From Polyangiaceae bacterium (GTDB lineage Bacteria > Myxococcota_A > Polyangia > Polyangiales > Polyangiaceae): a stretch of 64,000 nucleotides of DNA. The DNA lies in contig JBILLK010000013.1 of NCBI GenBank assembly GCA_044376115.1, positions 186,736-250,735 of the forward strand, read 5' to 3'. The notes under the pieces were generated by a model, which did no database searches, was not told the DNA's origin, and saw only the letters and a list, made by a program, of their open reading frames with translations. Positions 60,866 through 64,000 of the stretch are shown here, in pieces (within the stretch, counting starts at the first letter, position 1; the number at the start of each line of letters is the position of its first letter). Both the position numbers and the translations under genes were made by a program.

Positions 60866-61951
60866 TCAGCGAACGACGACGTTCTCGAGGTTGGCGAAGA
60901 GCCGCGCGGTGAAGGTGCCGCTCGGCGGAGCCACCTCCCACGATTCAATCGCCACGGTGTACATCTGGGTGTCCGGGCCCACGCAGTCCACGGCCTGATG
61001 CAGCGCTTTGGGCGCGACCATGACCGGCAGCAAGAACTGGTAGGCAACGCGCACGGCGTCGAACGAATCGCCGAAGAAGTTCTTCACGTGGCGCGCTTCG
61101 ATCTTCAGTTGGCCGCGCAACTTGGCCTTGCGCTGCGCCAAGCTCTCTCCCTCGCCATCCTCCTCTTCACCGCTCGACATGGTCAGCCACTCGGGGTTGA
61201 AACCCCATTCCTGAAACTCGGCCAGGTACTTTTGGTGGGCCGCCTGCAGCTCGCCCAAGCCGAACACCTCAAAGGAGCCCAGCGCGTGCTCTTTTGCGCC
61301 GATCACTTTCAGCCCGCCAAAGCGCTGCAAAAAAGCGCGATAGTCGGCGGGAAAGGTGATCTCGAAGGCCGCCTCGAGCGCGCGGATTTCCTCGGCTTTG
61401 GCGGGGGTGCCGGTCTCGACCGTGACGTGCTTGGCGACCTCGGCGATCAACCCCTCGAGCGGTAGTCGGCGAGCAGCCTTGGTTAGCAGGTCACGCAGCT
61501 TGACGACCGTCTCTTCAGGCTCATCCGCGGCCTCATCCTCGTCCTCGTCGTCCTCCTCCTCTTCCACCTCGAGCCCGACCACGTCCTTCTGGATCACGTC
61601 GCTCAGCTCGACCTCGTCCAAGCCTTGCGCACCGGTGAAGATGCAGCGCGTGAGCTTGAGCTTCTCGAACGAGGCTCCGCTCAGGTTGGCACCGCTGAAG
61701 TCACAATCATCCAGCCGGCCGCCGTGGAAGTAGGCGTTGGATAGGTCCGCGTTACGAAAGTTGAGCTTCGATAAGTCGCAGTGCTCCCACTCCGAACCGG
61801 TGAGCTCGAGCTGCGACAGATCCGCATTGGCACAGACCAAACGCGTCAAGGTTGCGCCCGTAAAATCGGAGGGAAGACTCTTGGCTTGACGGAGCTTATT
61901 GAACTCAACCGAGCCCCGCTTGAGCAGGGCGTCGAGGGTGGGAGCAGGCAT
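60866..61951 (-). CDS. Pentapeptide-repeat + SMI1/KNR4 (SUKH) domain protein
   Basis: A(D/N)LS pentapeptide repeats, acidic linker, PAKAEEIRALEAAFEITFPADYRAFLQRFGG. Confidence 0.8.
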   Translation of the reverse strand: MPAPTLDALLKRGSVEFNKLRQAKSLPSDFTGATLTRLVCANADLSQLELTGSEWEHCDLSKLNFRNADLSNAYFHGGRLDDCDFSGANLSGASFEKLKLTRCIFTGAQGLDEVELSDVIQKDVVGLEVEEEEDDEDEDEAADEPEETVVKLRDLLTKAARRLPLEGLIAEVAKHVTVETGTPAKAEEIRALEAAFEITFPADYRAFLQRFGGLKVIGAKEHALGSFEVFGLGELQAAHQKYLAEFQEWGFNPEWLTMSSGEEEDGEGESLAQRKAKLRGQLKIEARHVKNFFGDSFDAVRVAYQFLLPVMVAPKALHQAVDCVGPDTQMYTVAIESWEVAPPSGTFTARLFANLENVVVR

Positions 61952-62040
61952 GGCGCGGCACGCTAGCACGGCTCGCCGTTTGGCTTGAGCCAAAGGGCGA
62001 GCATCGCTCGCAAGCTTCTACAGGCGGCGAACCAGGTGCT

Positions 62041-63021
62041 TCAGGCCGCACCCAACTTCTGCTTGAGAGCTTCGTTTTCCTTCCGTAACGCGAGCAACTC
62101 GGCGCGCAGCGGCTCCTGTTGCGTGAGCACAGACTCGTTGAGCGTCGATTGGCTACGGATGACGTTGAGCTGCTCGGTGAGCTTCTCCACGATCACGGCC
62201 ATATCGTCGAGCTCCATGCTCATGTCGCGATTTTTGCGCAGACGACGCTCGGCGCGCTCGAACTCCTTCTCCTCCTCTTGGGACTCCTCCATGCCATTGA
62301 TGATCACGCCGATGAAGAGGTTCATGATGACCATCGTGCCCATCAAGATGAAGGCGATGAAGTACAGCGGGCCCATGATCGGGAAGGCCTCCGACTGCGT
62401 GCACATTTCCATCATTTCTTCGGGGTAGCCAAGCCCTGGGGTCGCGCAGCCAAACTGCTCGATGCGCAGGATGTCCGGCCACGCTTCCATGGTCACGACC
62501 TTGAACAGCGTCAGCATCGTCTTCGGCAGCGTGCCGAAGTTAAGTGGGTCATTCGCCCCAAAGATGAGCGTGCCAGTGACGCCGAAGACGTAGAACAGCA
62601 GGAACAAAAGGCAGCCGATGTAGAACATCGATGGGATGCTGTTCAGCAGCGCCGCAACCAAGCGTTGGAGTCGCGGCACAGAGCGAACCAGCTTTAGTAC
62701 CCGCAGCAATCGAAGCAGCCGGAAGACCATGACGTATTGGGCATCCACCGGCAGGAAGCCGCCCACCACGATGGCGAAGTCGAACACGTTCCAAGGGTCG
62801 GTGAAGTACTTCCAGGGCTTGCCACCTTCCGCAGCGAGCTTGAGCACGACCTCGAGCGTGAAGATCGCCAATACCACCTTATCCAGGAGGTCCAAGAACG
62901 GGTTGTGTGCAAACGCTGGGTAGGTATCGAGACCAGCCACTACACCGGCGATGATGATGGTGCTGAGGATCAGTCTCTGGAATAGGTTGGACTCAGTGAG
63001 GGTCTTGAGCTTTTGGGACAT
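62041..63021 (-). CDS. Bacterial voltage-gated sodium channel (BacNav, ion transport family)
   Basis: WNVFDF in S3, S4 RLLRLLRVLKLVR, filter TMEAW, S6 MNLFIGVI, C-terminal coiled coil. Confidence 0.88.
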   Translation of the reverse strand: MSQKLKTLTESNLFQRLILSTIIIAGVVAGLDTYPAFAHNPFLDLLDKVVLAIFTLEVVLKLAAEGGKPWKYFTDPWNVFDFAIVVGGFLPVDAQYVMVFRLLRLLRVLKLVRSVPRLQRLVAALLNSIPSMFYIGCLLFLLFYVFGVTGTLIFGANDPLNFGTLPKTMLTLFKVVTMEAWPDILRIEQFGCATPGLGYPEEMMEMCTQSEAFPIMGPLYFIAFILMGTMVIMNLFIGVIINGMEESQEEEKEFERAERRLRKNRDMSMELDDMAVIVEKLTEQLNVIRSQSTLNESVLTQQEPLRAELLALRKENEALKQKLGAA

Positions 63022-63201
63022 GGAAAGTTGGGCAACGTTATTTGACTGCGCGCCGGTGTCCAGTACCCGGTTGGGGAGTGAAGCGGAGGTGAAATGTGGG
63101 GCGCTTGGGCGGCAGAGGCAGAGAGACGAGAACGGGGCTTGCGCTAGCGAACTTGATACCCTTTGAACCCTGTAGCGCCGGGTGGAGCGTTAGGGTGGCG
63201 C

Positions 63202-63873
63202 ATGCGCGCTGGATTTGGGTTGTTGACAGTGCTCGTCGTTTCGCTCGTTGCTTGCGGGCTTGAGTCGGAGCCGGATTCGGCGACGGGTGGTGGAGGCGGC
63301 GGCAGCGGCGCAGGTGGTGAGGAGCCCATCTCGCCGGAGGCGTGGTCGGTTGGGGATTGCGAGGCTGTCGCGGAGAGTTCAACGCTGACGGGCGATGGCT
63401 TTTTTACCTCGCTATCGCGGGTTCATGCGCAGCGTCGATTCTTCGGGGACCACCAGGATCCGAGCGCTGTCGATCAGGCGCTGGTTCAAGCGCTCCGAAG
63501 CGTGGATCCCGAAGTGGACGCAGACGCGTTCATCACAACATACGTCAGCGCAACGCCGGGAAGTTGCGCGCGCATGGGTGCTGAGGACCGAACGGGCATG
63601 GCGCACGTCGAGATGATCGAGGACGTGGCCTGGGTGCGATTCGGCGGGGGTGAATTCACGATCCCGAACGAAGCAACGGCGGTCGTCGTCGATCTCGTCG
63701 GGTCGGTGGAGGGGGGGTGCTCGACCAGTTCCTCGCGCGTGTGGCCGGGCAAGTTCTCGACCGAGACGTAACTCCGCTGCGCGTAAAGCTGCGTGTGCAC
63801 GAAGGGATGCGCGATGAAGTGTATGCACCGCTCCTCTTGGGTACCGAAAACATGTACGACGATCGCATCGAGA
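63202..63873 (+). pseudogene. Lipoprotein, frameshifted at a G7 tract and interrupted by an IS
   Basis: LVAC lipobox; coding sense continues in the -1 frame after G7 (63711-63717) until the IS end. Confidence 0.55.
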
Positions 63874-64000
63874 GGGAGTGTCAGAAAATTTGTGTAACTT
63901 GACCGAAATGGGCGACCCAACCTCTGGAGCCGCCATATGGATACGACCGCAGTCACATTGAAGCCTGAGCTCGTTGAAGAGCTCATGAAATTGACGAAAT
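63874..64000 (+). mobile_element. Left end of an IS256-family-like insertion sequence; transposase starts at 63937 (truncated by window edge)
   Basis: GGGAGTGTCAGAAAATTTGTGT resembles IS256-family terminal IRs; GGAG RBS then MDTTAVTLKPELVEELMK; abrupt drop in GC. Confidence 0.65.

Overview
High-GC bacterial chromosome segment whose gene content (Ser/Thr kinases, Gly/Cys-rich lipoproteins, tandem lspA genes, TPR/PEGA-like proteins) points to a myxobacterium (Polyangiaceae/Sorangiineae-like; inference). Housekeeping content: hrpB, a split mlaFEE/mlaD system, pyrF, rlmB, cysteine desulfurase, lnt, YprB/MrfB exonuclease, folD-phoX-pncB-pncA-coaE, lspA-lspA-lgt, YprA/MrfA helicase, ECF sigma/anti-sigma, pstSCAB and a bacterial voltage-gated Na channel. 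An orphan- and repeat-rich accessory stretch lies at about 44-58 kb and an IS256-like element begins at the right edge. The most interesting signal is missing from the ORF track: a minus-strand three-gene operon at 33.6-34.4 kb (Cys-rich micro-protein, 28-aa membrane peptide, DUF302 protein). The peptide's UGA is followed by an fdhF-like SECIS hairpin (GGUC loop), and read-through ends exactly on the DUF302 start codon, so it is a candidate small selenoprotein. Immediately downstream sits a candidate sRNA with phased GAAACA repeats. Several single-base homopolymer frameshifts may be assembly errors. No rRNA, tRNA or CRISPR array was recognised. All calls are from reading the sequence; no database searches were run.
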